64,000 nucleotides of DNA from Vermamoeba vermiformis. Lineage: Eukaryota. Shown here piece after piece: positions 1 to 13,343 of this stretch. Where the stretch lies: NCBI GenBank assembly GCA_045837725.1, contig JBEWZL010000276.1:124001-188000 (forward strand), read 5' to 3'. Made by a program: the position numbers and the translations under genes. Below the pieces are notes generated by a model, which saw only the letters and a program-made list of their open reading frames with translations, had not been told where the DNA came from and did not search any database. Numbering within the stretch: the first letter of the stretch is position 1; every line of letters starts with the position of its first letter.

Positions 1-432
1 AAGAAAGATATCGATACGATAGTGGACGATATTTGGTGGATATTACCAATCAAGGGGAACAAGTCAGCGAGAGATATTCGTGATGATATGGCAAGTAAAC
101 AGAAAGCGATCTATGTGCGGGCCAATTCGCAAGCCCAGAGACAAGCCCAAATGTCTTTTGAAACGAAAGATGACGATGCAATTGTTTTATCGACCAAAGA
201 CAAAGAGTATCCTGTCAAGATAGATTTCGACGACAAATGTGTCGTGATCCGAAACTACTTTTCAGGCTACGCCTTCGAAACGACTTTGAAAGAGGCTTGC
301 GACTTATGGATAGCGACGGAAAACGGTTATTTTGAAATTTACATAGACTTGGACAAGGCCAAGAAGAAAATTACGAAGGTTATCGATCTCTTCCTCCCTC
401 GTGAAGGAGATATTTTGGCTAAAAACATGTGA
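1..432 (+). CDS. 3' part of a hypothetical protein (frame open from the window edge)
   Basis: Frame 1 is stop-free from base 1 to TGA at 430-432; protein-like composition; no family recognised. Confidence 0.45.
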   Translation, partial: KKDIDTIVDDIWWILPIKGNKSARDIRDDMASKQKAIYVRANSQAQRQAQMSFETKDDDAIVLSTKDKEYPVKIDFDDKCVVIRNYFSGYAFETTLKEACDLWIATENGYFEIYIDLDKAKKKITKVIDLFLPREGDILAKNM

Positions 433-740
433 TGCAATGATACTTGTTAATTAAAGATTTGGAGTCCTTCAAACAATATCGACTCACTTTTTAGTTTTGG
501 CGACCCTACGCCTGCCTCGGCCAAGTTTGTAAATTTGCCGACCACGGGACGCGTATCCTTCACTTTGATATGACAAATTATATCTCTTTCAGCAGATTTC
601 GCCCCAACCCTTCGTCGTCGAATCCTCGCAGTGTCAAAAAAACGCGTACAAAAAAAACTCTCTGAAGGTTGAGCTCATGTGTGACTTTGAACAATCTTTG
701 TTCATGAACTAAATGTCATTTAAAAATTACGAACACAACC

Positions 741-1565
741 ATGGACAACGTTACTCTATTTAAGAAGATATTTTCAGATCGCGATCGGTTTGCAAAACCC
801 GTAAGTGTTGAGAATATTCGATCTGTCGAGATGAAGGTTTTTGTTCGCAGCAAAAAATATGAAAACTCGATTTAAATCATGGCATAATAATCCATTAACA
901 TATAAAATAGTTTCGTAATTATTTGGACCAAAATGCGACACATCCGAAACTTTCGTGCACTGAAGAAGACCTGAAACGATTTAGCTTCAAAAAAGGTAAA
1001 TATTGGCCTTATAATTTAATAATTAACATCTTATTTAAGAATCACTCAAGCAGACACTGAGTTTATTGTGCCTTTGTGAGCCGATTAGACCTGAAATAGC
1101 TAAATCCGCTTATGAATGCTTGAAAAGAAATGAAAACCAAGATATGGTTCTCCTTGAGTGTGAGATAGAAGTCACAGGTAAACTCATTACAAAAATCTGG
1201 ATTTGGGTTGCTCATCCGCTTACCAACTTTCTTAAAAAGCCCTGAACAGAACAGTTCATGAAGTATTAGATAAGCTTAACGAAGATAACAAGCGATTTGA
1301 CCAGGTTAAAAGCGCTTGCTCCGAGACTTTGGAAGAATTTTTAACCCAAGCAACAGACGACAGCGCAGCGAGATTCCACGCGTGTTTCGTGCCCTTAATT
1401 TGCAGTAGCCAGTTAAAACGAGCCATAAACTGCGTAAATAAGAACCACGAAGAGTTGCATGGCTGTGAGAAGGATATTGACGAAATGTTGATCTGCTCGA
1501 TTGACATGTGGACTCAGCATCTGATGAAGATTACAAATTATAAGCCTAAGAGTGATGACGAATAA
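741..1565 (+). CDS. Hypothetical ~210 aa protein, 4 exons
   Basis: ATG 741; GT-AG introns at about 801-910, 996-1039 and 1178-1239 join into a continuous frame ending in ORF 1329-1565; no family recognised. Confidence 0.5.
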
Positions 1566-1749
1566 ATCGACATTTCAATGTTGCCGGGAATCCGATCGAT
1601 TTATTCCGAACGAAACTTGTACGGGACATAATCGAACCATTTATGTGAAACACATTGAGTTCAGCTCAACGAGGGCAAGTACTTTGGCCCAAATACAAAT
1701 AGAACCATTGCTTATTGACATAACTATTTGTTTAATTATTTACATGCTA

Positions 1750-4700
1750 TTATTCGTACTTGTCTGTCATATGTTCCAGACGTCGATACTTTCGTTTCTC
1801 TTCTTCAATCTGCGAAAACAAATTCTCGTACAACTTCCGCTTGCGTTCTTGTCGCTTAATCACGGCTTGAACAATGTCTGTTTCTTCTTGCACGCTCTCT
1901 TCACCCATTGAAATGTCTTCAATGACACTAGTACTTGGAGCAGGACCAGCGATTGGCGCCTTTCGCGGTGTGCTTGGCGTGCTCGATGCAACTGGAGTGC
2001 TCGAGATCAGTGCTAGAGAAGCACTGCTCGGCATAAGATCTTTAATCTTCTGATCGACTTCCAGTTGGATCAATCTGGTCTTGAGTTTCTCTTGCTCAAT
2101 CTCGTGCAGCAAGTTCTCTAACTCGTTCCTAGTCTGCTTTTGTCGTGCAATAATTTCATCAATCTTTGACCGCTTCTTTTCTTGGACTTGGTCAGACTCT
2201 TCTTTCTTACTGACAGGTGTCAACATGTCATCCAACAACACGATTGGCCTGTCAACAGATGCGCTTGGTACAGCCATAGACAGCAACCCAGCGAGTCTTG
2301 CGGCACTAGGCGCCACTAATGACTCGACGTAGGCCTCGTGCAATTGTTTGCGATAATCTTTGAACTTAGGGCTGCGCACAAAAGCAACTCGTTGGTGCTG
2401 ATATTTCTTCTCGTTCTGCGCCAATCTGAAGTAGAAAATGGCCTCAAAGATTTGAAGCCAAGGGAATGGCGCCCGTCGCTTGGTTTCAGACTCTGCAGAA
2501 TGATTAGTGTCATGGTTAAAAACAAGGCAATGTGTTTTACTCACCTTTTTGTCTTCTCTTCACCAACAAGTAATGGATGTGATTGGCCAATGGTAAGATG
2601 TTCGCGCTCCAGTTCGCTGTGCCGAAATCTAACTTCTTCAAGTAGCTCAAGCAGCAAGAGATCAAGCCTTGTTCATCCGTAACGTCATCTGTGTACGTGA
2701 AGTCTGGCAACAGAATGCTGTCCACGGCAGATTGCACCGCATTGAAATATGAATCTGTGTTCCAATCTGCAGGAGGCAATTGTTCCGAAAGATCGGTATC
2801 CTCGTCGTTGATTCGGACCGTAAACTCAGGGACCGGCCAGAACGCCACATCGCGATTTGAGTTGTCATTTAGCTCGTCAATTACACGCGAGATCTGTGTG
2901 TTGAACTCGTTGACGTAAATCTCGGGTTGAATAGCCTCAGCTTCATTAGGCTTGACGTATTTAATGAACTCTGCCTGCTTCTGTCGCTGGCTCATGTTGG
3001 CCAGTAGCAACTCGACCTTGCTCTCGAGCACGTCTCTCAAGTAGTACGAGGCCAACTTGGGTTGTTTTGACGTATGTTCAGCAAGCCATTTGACTCCTTT
3101 GGCCAACTTTTTGTTTCGCTTCGATAGTGCTTTGGCCTCGTTGGTCTTGGGCACAAACATAAAACAGAACTGTGAAATGACTTCTCGTGGCAGTTTTTCG
3201 GCAAACAACGTCTTGAAGTGGTTAATCTAATCACTATTAGTCTCTATAATAAATACTGATAACTCTATTATTACCGTTTGATTGATCTCCGCGTCGTTGC
3301 CGTTAGTGGGGAAAACGAGCAATAAAGGTGCTTGACTGTGCGGATGCAGCGAGTTGATCAGCTTTTCTAAGTGCGACAAATGCTTCTTCCAATAGGCATT
3401 ATCGCTGTTCATATATATATTAGCAAAACTCTTATTTTATGACCATCGCTGATTAACTCACATTTTCTCTGAGGGCGGGAAATAGTACAACAAACAGTGG
3501 GTGCCTTGAAGCTCGTGTTGCAATGCATTTTTGGGCTGAATAAAGTTAGACACAAGTACCAATCTGAATGAGATCTTACGTTATTTTGAATGTCATTGAC
3601 CAGCTTGACGCAAACACGTAGACTAGTGTTTTCTTGTGGCACGTCCTCCTCGAAATTATCGTCCAAGTTCAAGTCATTCCACTCGCTCTTGTACAACGAC
3701 AAGATAGGCAGTTGATCAACTACATCAGTGTCGTTAGCAAGATAGTTATATTGACGTTAATTAATAGTCCATACCTGTATCAGGGAGATCAACACCTCCA
3801 CGGCTAAACTTCGCGACAAGCCAATCACTGATGTTCGGGTCGTCAAGGCTTTCGGTATCAAGTTGGTTCGACACTGGTTGCGCGCCATCAGCCACGATGA
3901 CTAATTTCCAGAACAGACTGTGCTGCTTCGAGTTCTTCTTTCGCAGCAACGGGAAGATAATCTTGGGCAAGTCGATCGCTAACCAGTATTCTTTGCGGCG
4001 TACGTCAGCCTAAATAGGTGTTAGAATGCGCTTGTGCAATCATTTATAAATTGCTTACTCGTTGCCTTAACGAGGCCAATATCTTTTGGAAAGCTTCTTG
4101 TCGCTGCTGCGTGTTGACATAGTAATCGTAATCGATGGATACGCCTTCTTTTGCTGCAGGCTTTGGACTCATTAAGCGCATTGGCCGGGCTCTCATAGCT
4201 CTCTTTGCTGCCTTCTCAACGGCCATACGCTCGTTGACTCTTTCTGCAGCCCAATATCTCCAAGCGTTAAATGCTCTGCTGGCCAAGTCATGACGCTTAG
4301 CAGCGAGATATTCTTCTAATCTTTCTTCCAAAGTTGGTCCTTGAGGCTCTTCCACAATCGGCAAATCTTGAACGGGAGGCTCCCATGCAGGCTCGACGTG
4401 TTTTGATTCCTCTGATGACACGCTCAGAGGCTCGTCATGGTCGAGAACGCTGAGAACAGGTTGTACTGGCGTCGTGGGTCGCATCTGAGGTGGCTTTTCC
4501 ATGGACTTTCGTAAAGGCGATGGTGCCGAAGGAGTCGTTTGAGGCACAGGTAGGGGTTGAAGCCAGCTTACTCGATGGTGCAGTTGCTACCTTAGGAACT
4601 GACGGTGGTGGGAACACAACAGGGGTTGTAACGAATGCATCGTCAAGCTTTGGCAAGCTGTTGAAGTCGAATTTTGGTGTAGCTGGGATGGGTGCCGGTT

Positions 4701-7700
4701 GAACAAGAGTTGGGAACGTGACTACAAATGAATCATATGTTCATTAAGGTCTAGACTTCGGGGTATAAAGCTTACATGATGGTGCTTTGACTGCAGGTGA
4801 TGGTGGTCGCTGACCTTGGCTCGGAACAGCAGGTGAAAGAGTGACCTTTGGTGCTTCAGCAGGTTTGGGCGGAGTTACTTCCGTCGGCTTGACTTTACGT
4901 GAAACACGAAGGGCTGGAGCGGCCGTTGGTGTAGGCGATGGTTCCTTTACTGCAGCAGGCTGTGCTTTGCCTGATTGTCTAAGTGAAACTTTTGGTTCGG
5001 CGCGAGGTGCTGCAACAGTAACTTGAATATTGACGGGCTCCTCTTCAACCTCGTTTTTCAGGAATTCTGTTACAGATTAGTATTAAGCATTAATAAAGAG
5101 CAATTAACTTACCAGCTCGTTGGCTTGGAGTCAAGTTAACAATGTCAGACAACTTGAATGGGCCACGCTTAGACTCGATATAGCTAGACTTGACTCGGCC
5201 TATCGCCATCTTCGGCTCGATAAATGAGCTGCCTTTTGGAATGCCTTCGTCAGTCTTAGATAGTCCATGGTAGGTACAGAAGTTGGCTGCATCTTCTTCG
5301 CTTTCAAACATCATGACACGTGTCAAAGTTGAGAACGGAATTAAGTCCTGATTTCATCATTAGCAACCATTGAAATATATACGTGATGCTACTTACTCTA
5401 TAAGAGCGTGTCATTGTCTTGAGCGCCTTCTTTCGGACATTCGTGAAGTACTTGTGCATCAAGCAGGCCATCAAATAATCAGCTTGTTTGGTCATCTTGA
5501 AGTAGAGCACGTAGTTGTTGTCCTGAAGAGCCAAGCGAGCTTTGACTGCGAACTGGACTTCAGGTGAAGCGAAGATTGCTTCGGGGACTGACTTGAGCAA
5601 GTTGAAGAATTCTCCTTCTTCTTCAACAATGAACAATAGATAGGCACGGAATTCGGGCTCGTTGCTGCATTCGATGCCAAGAGCGCGGAAATTGTCATCT
5701 GAGCGTTAGTTAAGGATAATATATGCAGTGGTTGTAGTGAGTAAAAGATTTGGGGGTTGAAAAGGATACACATTTCACGACAAGAAATTAGCACCTTGTC
5801 AAGTTGTTCGGTGTTCTGACCGGGATCGAAGTTTGACGCATCTTCTTCGCACAGCAGATGATCAGAGAAGATGTCTAAGTTGAGTTAGTACGGCCAGTAT
5901 AAACGTCATTAACATACGGAATCTAGCCATGCGTTCGTAGATAGCCAAAGTCTCTTCGTTGAAAAGGCCTTGAATTGTGAAGTCTTGTCGAACAGATCGT
6001 GCGCGATCTCGAACGAAGTTGTGCACCTCCAAAAACGGACGATCGGAGCGGTCAAGAACACTAAGCATGCGTTAATGAATGTTCTAATACCACTATTATA
6101 ACACTTACTTTTCGATCAAATAATCTGTGGTCATTAGCAATATGGGACCAGGACGCACTTCCTCGGGCAAGTACTCGGGTTGTTGATCAAGCTTTCCAGA
6201 GGGACGCTTGTACTTCTTGACAGCCCACTCGTGCTTCACACTAGGCAAGCTGGTTCTTTCAGTTCCTGGAACCATTTCGAATAACGACAAATCCTTTGTG
6301 CGTTCTCTGTCGTATCTTTCGGGCTCGGGACACTTCTCTTGACAAATACCAACAAGTTTTCCTTCTGGAATGACAACCTTAGATTTGGGCTTTGGCCTCG
6401 ATTTGACCTGACGGTAGAACTCATCGATTCTTTGGCGAAGCTCTTTCGAAGCACCACGAGGAGGTAATATTTGCGAAGGAGGCTTGCTTGCAGCACGCTC
6501 GGGAGGTTTGATAGCGACTGGGGAGCGTCGAACAAGAGATGGAGGCTTTGTTTGCTCAGTGTCTTGATCGTCACTTTGCTCCTCGTCGCCTTCCGCTTCA
6601 CCTTCATCGTCTCCATGATCAGCATCATAGTCTGCTTCAGCGCCCTCTTCTTCGCCTTCTTCGTCATGGTCTTCGCCTTCTTCTTCATCGTATTCCTCGC
6701 CCTCTTCGTCATATCCCTCTTCTCCCTCTTCTTCATCGAAGTCCTCACTTTCCTCTTCATCGTATTCGCCTTCACCTTCTTCCTCATCATAATCTTCGCC
6801 CTCATCCTCTTCGGGTTCAGGTTCGACTGGCTTTGGCTTTCGCTCGGGAACTACAAACGTTACTGGCTTTCTTGGCTGTTCTGCGGGCTGGGCTGGCACA
6901 GGTTGGGGTTTTTCTTCTTGCGTACCCTTACCAGCTGCTGCTCGCAACGTTGCAGTCAATAAGCGACTCTGTGCGGAATTTAGAGGCTTTTCTGTAGCTG
7001 GCTTAGACGGTGTGTCACCAAAAGTGATGTTGAACTTGGGACCGCCGCCTGGTTTGTCAGAACTTGCGTGAATCAATAAACGCTCCTCGGCACCATCGTC
7101 CTCTTGTGTGTCCTCCTCGTCTGTCGAGTGTTGAACGGTGAATGTCATTGATGGAGTCTTGGGTGACGCGGTAAACTTGGGTTGAGCGACTGGTGAAAAC
7201 CGTTGTCCTCGTTGTGTTTTACGCATGAGCTCTTCGTCATCGAATACAGATCTTCCTGGCGTGTCTTCTTCATTCACTGGCTGATTATCCCGTCCAAGAA
7301 AACTTCCCTGTCGTCCTTGTTTCGGGTTGGCTTCAACTGGTTTCTTTGGCTTAGCGACTGGCATGTCAAACTCCGGCGACCGTGGTGCTACTTGGAATGT
7401 AGGTCTTTCTGGTGCTTCTTCTGTCTTTTGTGCACTCGCATCATCTACGCTCTTCGTGGACCAAAAGACTTTGATGCGCGCCATGCCTCCGTCAGGTAAA
7501 GGAAACGTCTTCAATTTCGCCTTCGCATTGATGGCTGCTTGTTTAGAAGCATATTCAACAATAGCAAACCGCTTTCCAGGATTCACCACAAGTTTTTTCA
7601 CTGGGCCATAGCCCGAGGCAATTCTTCTGACATGTTGGTCCTTCAGTCCAATAGGAGGAATTCCCTTGAAGAATAATGTGTGGTTATCGTCGTCCCCTTC

Positions 7701-9056
7701 TTCTTCGGCGTCTTGAGCGAACGCAGGTCTCACTGTAGTCTGTTCCTCACCAAAGGATTGCTGACGCTTGAACTGTTTCTGAAACAGTCCTTCTGTTGGC
7801 TCGGCACCGCCTCGACCTGACGTATTAAATTAGTAACAATGTTTGCAAAAGAACATTCTGTAGTACCTCGACCTCTGCCCGGATTAACTCGCCATGTGTC
7901 TTGTTGATCAGATTGTCCTCGACCTGGCTTAACCCGCCAAGATTCTTCTTGGTCTGCTTGTCCACGACCAGGTTTGACACGCCAAGACTCTTCTTGATCC
8001 GCTCGACCTCTGCCACGACCGCGACCCCAAGGTTTTTCTTGTGGTTCTTCTTCCATTTCTAGATCCTGTTCCTGTTGACCAAAGCCTCCACGGCCTCGAC
8101 CTCGTCCAGCTGGTCTAAATGGCACGTCCTCATCTTGTTCCATGGTAGATTGGTAGCCGCGACCACGACCGCGGCCTGGATTTGCTCGCCATGAATCTTC
8201 TTGGTCCGATTGTCCACGACCTGGCTTAGCGCGCCAAGTGTCTTCTTGGTTTTGATCACGACCTCTGCCGCGACCACGGCCTCTTCCTTGGCTCACTTCG
8301 TAATCGGTCATTTCTACTTCTGTTTGGTCGTAGCCTCTTCCTCGTCCTCGACCGCGTCCTCTGCCTCCTTGATTAAAATATTGGCCTGCACTATCGCCTT
8401 GGTCACCGTTGTCCATCATTTCCATGTCTTGTTCTTGTTGACCGAATCGACGGCCTCTGCCACGACCAGCATTAGGCAAAAACGACTCGCTATCGTTCAT
8501 CGTGTCATTGTCTTGATATCCACCACGACCACGGCCACGACCAGAGTTAGCACGCCAAGAATCATCTTGATTACTTTGTCCTCGGCCTCGACCACGACCA
8601 CGGCCTCGACCGCTAAATCCTTCATTTGCATCAGCCATCATTTCAGAGTCGTACTATTTGACTGCCACTGATTTCTATTTGGCTTTGGAAATGTTTCAAA
8701 CGAACCACCAAAGGCAGATCCTTCTACTACCAAATGAGGCTGAAGTGGATCCAAAGCTGCCAGTATTCGTTGAAGGTTGACCAAAGGAGAACGTTGAGCT
8801 TGTGCCTCCAAAGCCCGTGAACGTGCTTCCACCTCCAAATGATCCAGAGTTATTACTGCCAAATGAACCAAATACCGGGGTAGCTGGATCCCGCGTCATC
8901 ATCCATCATTTCATTATTGGGCTTGTTGCCAAACCGGTCAGGAAAATTGGTGAATTTTTGCCCACGGCCTCGACCTCTGTTTTGGCCTCGACCTCTGCCT
9001 CCTCCTTGATTGTTGGGTGCATTTTGGTTCCAACCCTCTATTTTTTTAAAATTCAT
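1750..9056 (-). CDS. SAC3: SAC3/GANP (MCM3AP-like) TREX-2 mRNA export scaffold, multi-exon
   Basis: FG-rich and RGG-rich N-terminus, RRM (7733-7450), acidic tract, SAC3/GANP core (LVGICQEKCPEPERYDRE, AVKKYKR, EEVRPGPILLMTTDYL, HNFVRDRARSVRQDFTIQ, EPEFRAY, DNNYVLYFK, YLMACLMHKYF), C-terminal FWKLV / DWLVAKF / GVKWLAEH motifs; 4 single-base frame breaks; contains a U12 intron. Confidence 0.88.
5699..5769 (-). other. U12-type (minor) GT-AG intron in SAC3/GANP
   Basis: 5' site GTATCCTTTT, branch site TCCTTAAC (5716-5709) close to CAG 3' site; splicing gives EM-Y-DNFRALGIECSNEPEFRAY in frame. Confidence 0.9.
7868..8620 (-). repeat. Coding tandem/dispersed repeats: RGRGRG blocks and ~15-aa Q(A/S)DQE(E/D)SWR(V/A)(K/N)PGRG units in GANP N-terminus
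   Basis: Visible in ORF 7730-8641; three consecutive ~45-nt units at ~7870-8000, more at ~8160-8270. Confidence 0.85.
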
Positions 9057-9453
9057 TATTTAATAATTAACAATAAAAGAGCATATAAAATGTCAAGCAC
9101 TTGCCGATTGAAAATAAAATATAAATATTATGAAAATTATTTTTACAAGATGCCAACTTTTCTTGACTTACGATTCTGTTGATTTTGGTTCTTTCTCGGT
9201 TTATCATAATTATTATTTGGCTCGGAATTGGAAGGAGCCCCTCGGCCAAACGGCTATATTATTTATTAGTTACGTGGGCAGATCGCCGTCAGTTTTCGTA
9301 ATCATACCTTCCAACTCATTTAAAATATTAACAATATGTACAAAAATATATTACAAAGTCATATGGTGTATAGTTAATAAAAGAAGAACAAACAAGATCG
9401 AAGCGCGGGAAAAAAGCCACAAAAAAAAGTCTGCAACTAATCGCAACGTTTAA

Positions 9454-11034
9454 TTATGTTACATTACGTAATTGAGGGAAAAGCGCATAGCATACTATAA
9501 TTACAATCATTAACACAAAAATAAATATAAAAAGTCCCGCTTCGGAGAGCAACTCTTGGAAGTACTCTGACAGCGAGAACAATTGGAAGAGATGAGGCTT
9601 GAAGTTGAAGAACTCGAAAGACTGCATAGCCGGCCCAGAATATCGTTGCGTACCTGCAATTAACGTTAGTATAACGGAAAAAAATTGGATGCAAGATCGC
9701 GTACCGTCGTTGTTCAATAGCACTACAGAATCGATGATTTCAAACATCTCCATCGTGGGAGCTGTAAGAGTCATAATAATAAGGTACCCTCTCCTCGCTA
9801 ACATTGATACAGTCTCCAAATAAGCCAACTCTTCTTTTGTAGTCAACGACTTTGTTTGTCCATCAAGAAATATGATGTCTACACAAGAGTTAGCACTGCA
9901 ACATATATAATAGCTCGGCAGAAGTACCTGAATTACGTTTAATGATTTCACGCGCAATAACGAATCGTCTAAGGAAGAGTAGAGGCACAGGATTGACGGC
10001 GCTGTCGAGCGGAACGTCGCAGTACTGCCTCAAGTCAAAATCGTCCAAAACAGAGTTAATCTGTCGTAGGTTAATACGCTTGTGTCTTTGATATAGAAAG
10101 TATCACTTACAATTGCGAGTCGTGATGACTTAGGAAGATATTGAGCACCAACTTCGACGAGAAGCTCGCGGATCGTGCTTGATCCGTGCTCTTCTGTTGA
10201 CTAATTGAGCAAGTTAGCTTCACGAACTGAATAGTACTACCACTTACCTCGCCAATAAAGTTAACATCTAATTTACCCTTTGCGCCTTGAGGTAATTGCA
10301 CCGGTTGCGGTTGTGGAGGTGGTTCGGGTGTCGAGTCTTTCTCCTCAATGCCGTAGAGCTTCTTCATCTCTTCTTTGTTGTGCTGAATATTTACAGGTAG
10401 GCCATCAATTAATAGATTGCCCGTGGCTTTTTCTCCTCTTTTGATAAAGATTTCACCTCGCAGAACACGCAACAAAGATGTTTTGCCGGTGCCTTATTTA
10501 ATCGAGATTAGCGACGCCAATAGCATATATAAGTAGTGCTTACCGCTATTACCAATAATTCCTAAAATTTGTCCTGATTGCGCCTTTCCACTGACTTCTT
10601 GAAGCACTTGTTTTGTAACGATCTCGTGTGTCTCAGGATCTTCAAATTGAGCAGTCAAGTTAATATTCTCGAAAACAACTTGGTGAAAATCTCGTGCTTC
10701 AACAAACGTTGGGTCTTTGCGCTTCTTCTCTTTTTTAACTCGATCCTTTTCCTCTATCAATGGGAATGCTCGTTAATTTAATGGACAAATAGAATTTGAC
10801 GGTTTAAAAATACTGATAATTCATACCTTTTAAGAAGGGCTCCTTCATAACTTTTTCCTCGCTATAGGAACGTTTTCTATTTCTCTTTGTTGGTGTAAAT
10901 GAAGATCCAAGATTATATTCGCCACTTCTACTCCCAGGAGGCGCTTCTCGAAGTGTAGTGTCGACTTCAACCTTGTCATCATCAATTATGATTGAATTGT
11001 CATTAGATCGAGTTTGATTGTTGTTGGATTCCAT
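9454..11034 (-). CDS. Degenerate ABCG-type nucleotide-binding domain protein lacking the multi-pass membrane domain
   Basis: Spliced VLQEVSGKAQSGQILGIIGNSG-TGKTSLL (Walker A), IIFLDG (Walker B without catalytic E), LARRGYLIIMTLTAP..MFEIIDSVVLL..G..YSGP; ends in a single hydrophobic segment. Confidence 0.7.
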
Positions 11035-11573
11035 TGTTTAGAGTGTCTCTGATTTCTTCGGTTGCTGATTTGTTTTTGATGCAATCAAATCATAGTTAGG
11101 CACCTTGACAGAGTTGTGGTCATTTGATCAAATCACTTAATCAAGCTGCTTCCGGTCCCAACCAAATTTATTTCAAACCTGAAACAAAAACAACAATACT
11201 GGCTGTCACAATCACTTTCGTGAAGGAACACATATTTGGTTCGTGGACAAACAACTGCGTTCATGCACATTATCTACAACTAGCCGTTGAGCTGATCGAT
11301 CAACGCGAAGCTAAACAGTTGCACAATCGAACGTGCACAGTATAGGAAAAAATATGTAACAAATATGTTGGTAATATGGACGAAATGAGCTTCAGTTCGG
11401 ACGTGTTAGAACCAAATTGAAAAATATTTTGATTGCGTGAATACGTATTTGCTCGAAGGGAAGGCTTTAATTAAAACAGTAAGTCTATAGAAAAGCTTTA
11501 TTAAGCTAAAATAATATTACAGCAAATACATTAACGATTTCGACCATTGGTAGGAAAACGCGGGCTTGTCGCG

Positions 11574-13343
11574 TTATGAGTCAAACAGTGCGCCAAAGCA
11601 CCTTATGCCTACTTTGTGGCATAGGTCGAAACATTTTTGCGTGAATCCTTCGTTTGAAACCACGAACACGGCTTCTGCTCCATAACTATAATACGGCTTC
11701 AGCAACACCTCCGCAGTCGGGCTACCATTGACCTTTGTATCATAGATAGTAACGTCGGGGAGATTGAAGACAATATCCGTAATATAGTCACCGTAAGTCT
11801 GGCGATGATTTCGTGCGATCCAGATCACGTGCATATTGCAAGTTTTTTGCACAATGTGAGGCAGCACAGGCGCAATACCAGCTCCAGTAGCAATGGCAAC
11901 AACACGGTTATAGGCGTTGAGGCTGTACATGAAGCCAGGAGGCTTGTTGTGACGGATGAAGATCTTGCTCGGGAACTGCTTTGTGGTATGTAACTGAGCT
12001 AGTTTTCTCGTCCAATCACCAGCAACAGCGATGACCAATCTGAACTGTTTCTCGGCTGCCTCATCAGTAAATCCGTTGCGGTTGTTGAGAGCAACAGAGA
12101 ACGCGTGCCACTCCAGCCAGTTCAAACTGATGCGTGCGAACGTGCCAGGTGCGTGATTGCCGCGGAATGTCAGCGTCACAACGCCACTCGAGGGCATATC
12201 AGAGACCACCTTGGCACGCTTCACCATCGTCCAAGGAAGCACGACCAAAATAGTGACTACTATGGCCATCCATAGAACAGGGTCCTTCAGCACGTCTTCA
12301 ACAGCGTCTTTGGCGATATTAATCAAGAGCACGTGCACGATCAAGATAATTACTGCAGACCATCCAAGGAAGCGATGTCCCCATTCGAAGCTAGCACGGA
12401 AGCAAGTTCAGAACTGAATAGAACGTGATATTGAGCACTTACTAATTGTGTAGCTTTGTTCGCACAGGCGGAATTGCAGCGACCATCATGACGGACACGC
12501 ACAAAGCCAATAGCAGTCTCGTGATGAATGTTGGTACGTTCTCTACACTAAACGTCTCGATGATGTAGATAATGATCCAGATCAAGCCAGAGACTGCAGT
12601 TGCCACGTGAAAACCGCCGATGCAGTGCACTGCGCGGTTGAAATAGTACTTTCCAACTGGAACCTTGACGATTAGCCAGTACAACCCGCGTAAGAAATAT
12701 TCGTTTCTGACAATAACGCCAAACCTGCGATATTGTTATTTAAACTATTGTTAACAACTTATGGTACCTTACATGATATTTCCGATGCCCCAAACAGCAG
12801 CGGGATAGGTGAATCTGTCGAGTATTCCTCCAAGATGCAGACCAAACAGTACTGCGTTAATCGAGAACACGAACAACCACCACACGTGGTGCATGTAGAT
12901 TGGAACTGACCACTTCGATCTGTTGGGCATTTTCAGTGTCGACAGGTCGACTTTCGGCGTCTTCGAGGGATATGCAGTAGCTTGCAAGTTGCTTTCAATG
13001 TCGTTGGGAACTGCAGGAGTACTTGGGCTGGTGGCAAGTAAGTGCCTGGCGATGTAAACAGATTTTCGCACGTGTGCTTTGTTCGCTTTCAATTGCTCGG
13101 GTGACATCGAGGAGCGTTTGAGCACCGCCGCTAGCGATAAATATCTCGATGAATATCGATTCTAGAATGGGAAAAAAGAAGATACTTACTATTTCTTATT
13201 TTCAGTTCTCTGGCATTCAAAGCTTCGGGGGCGACCTCTTTCTCGACTTCGCTTATGGCCTCAAGCGCGACTACCTCTTGGCAAGAGGTCGATTCTTCGT
13301 TAGTATCCAATAATCTCTCGTGCAACGAGTTGGATGTTTGCAT
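11574..13343 (-). CDS. TmpA-like membrane oxidoreductase (ferric-reductase-like TM domain + FNR-like FAD/NAD(P) domain)
   Basis: TM His motifs (HCIGGFHV, HNYFEWGHRFLGW), EWHAFS, AGDWT, ATGAGIAP, AEAVFVVSN, C-terminal FGALFDS; introns ~13135-13188, 12724-12772, 12391-12442. Confidence 0.75.

Noticed and set aside
6236-6997. Overlapping ORFs of 150-190 aa in other frames
   Set aside because: Shadows of the acidic low-complexity tract of GANP
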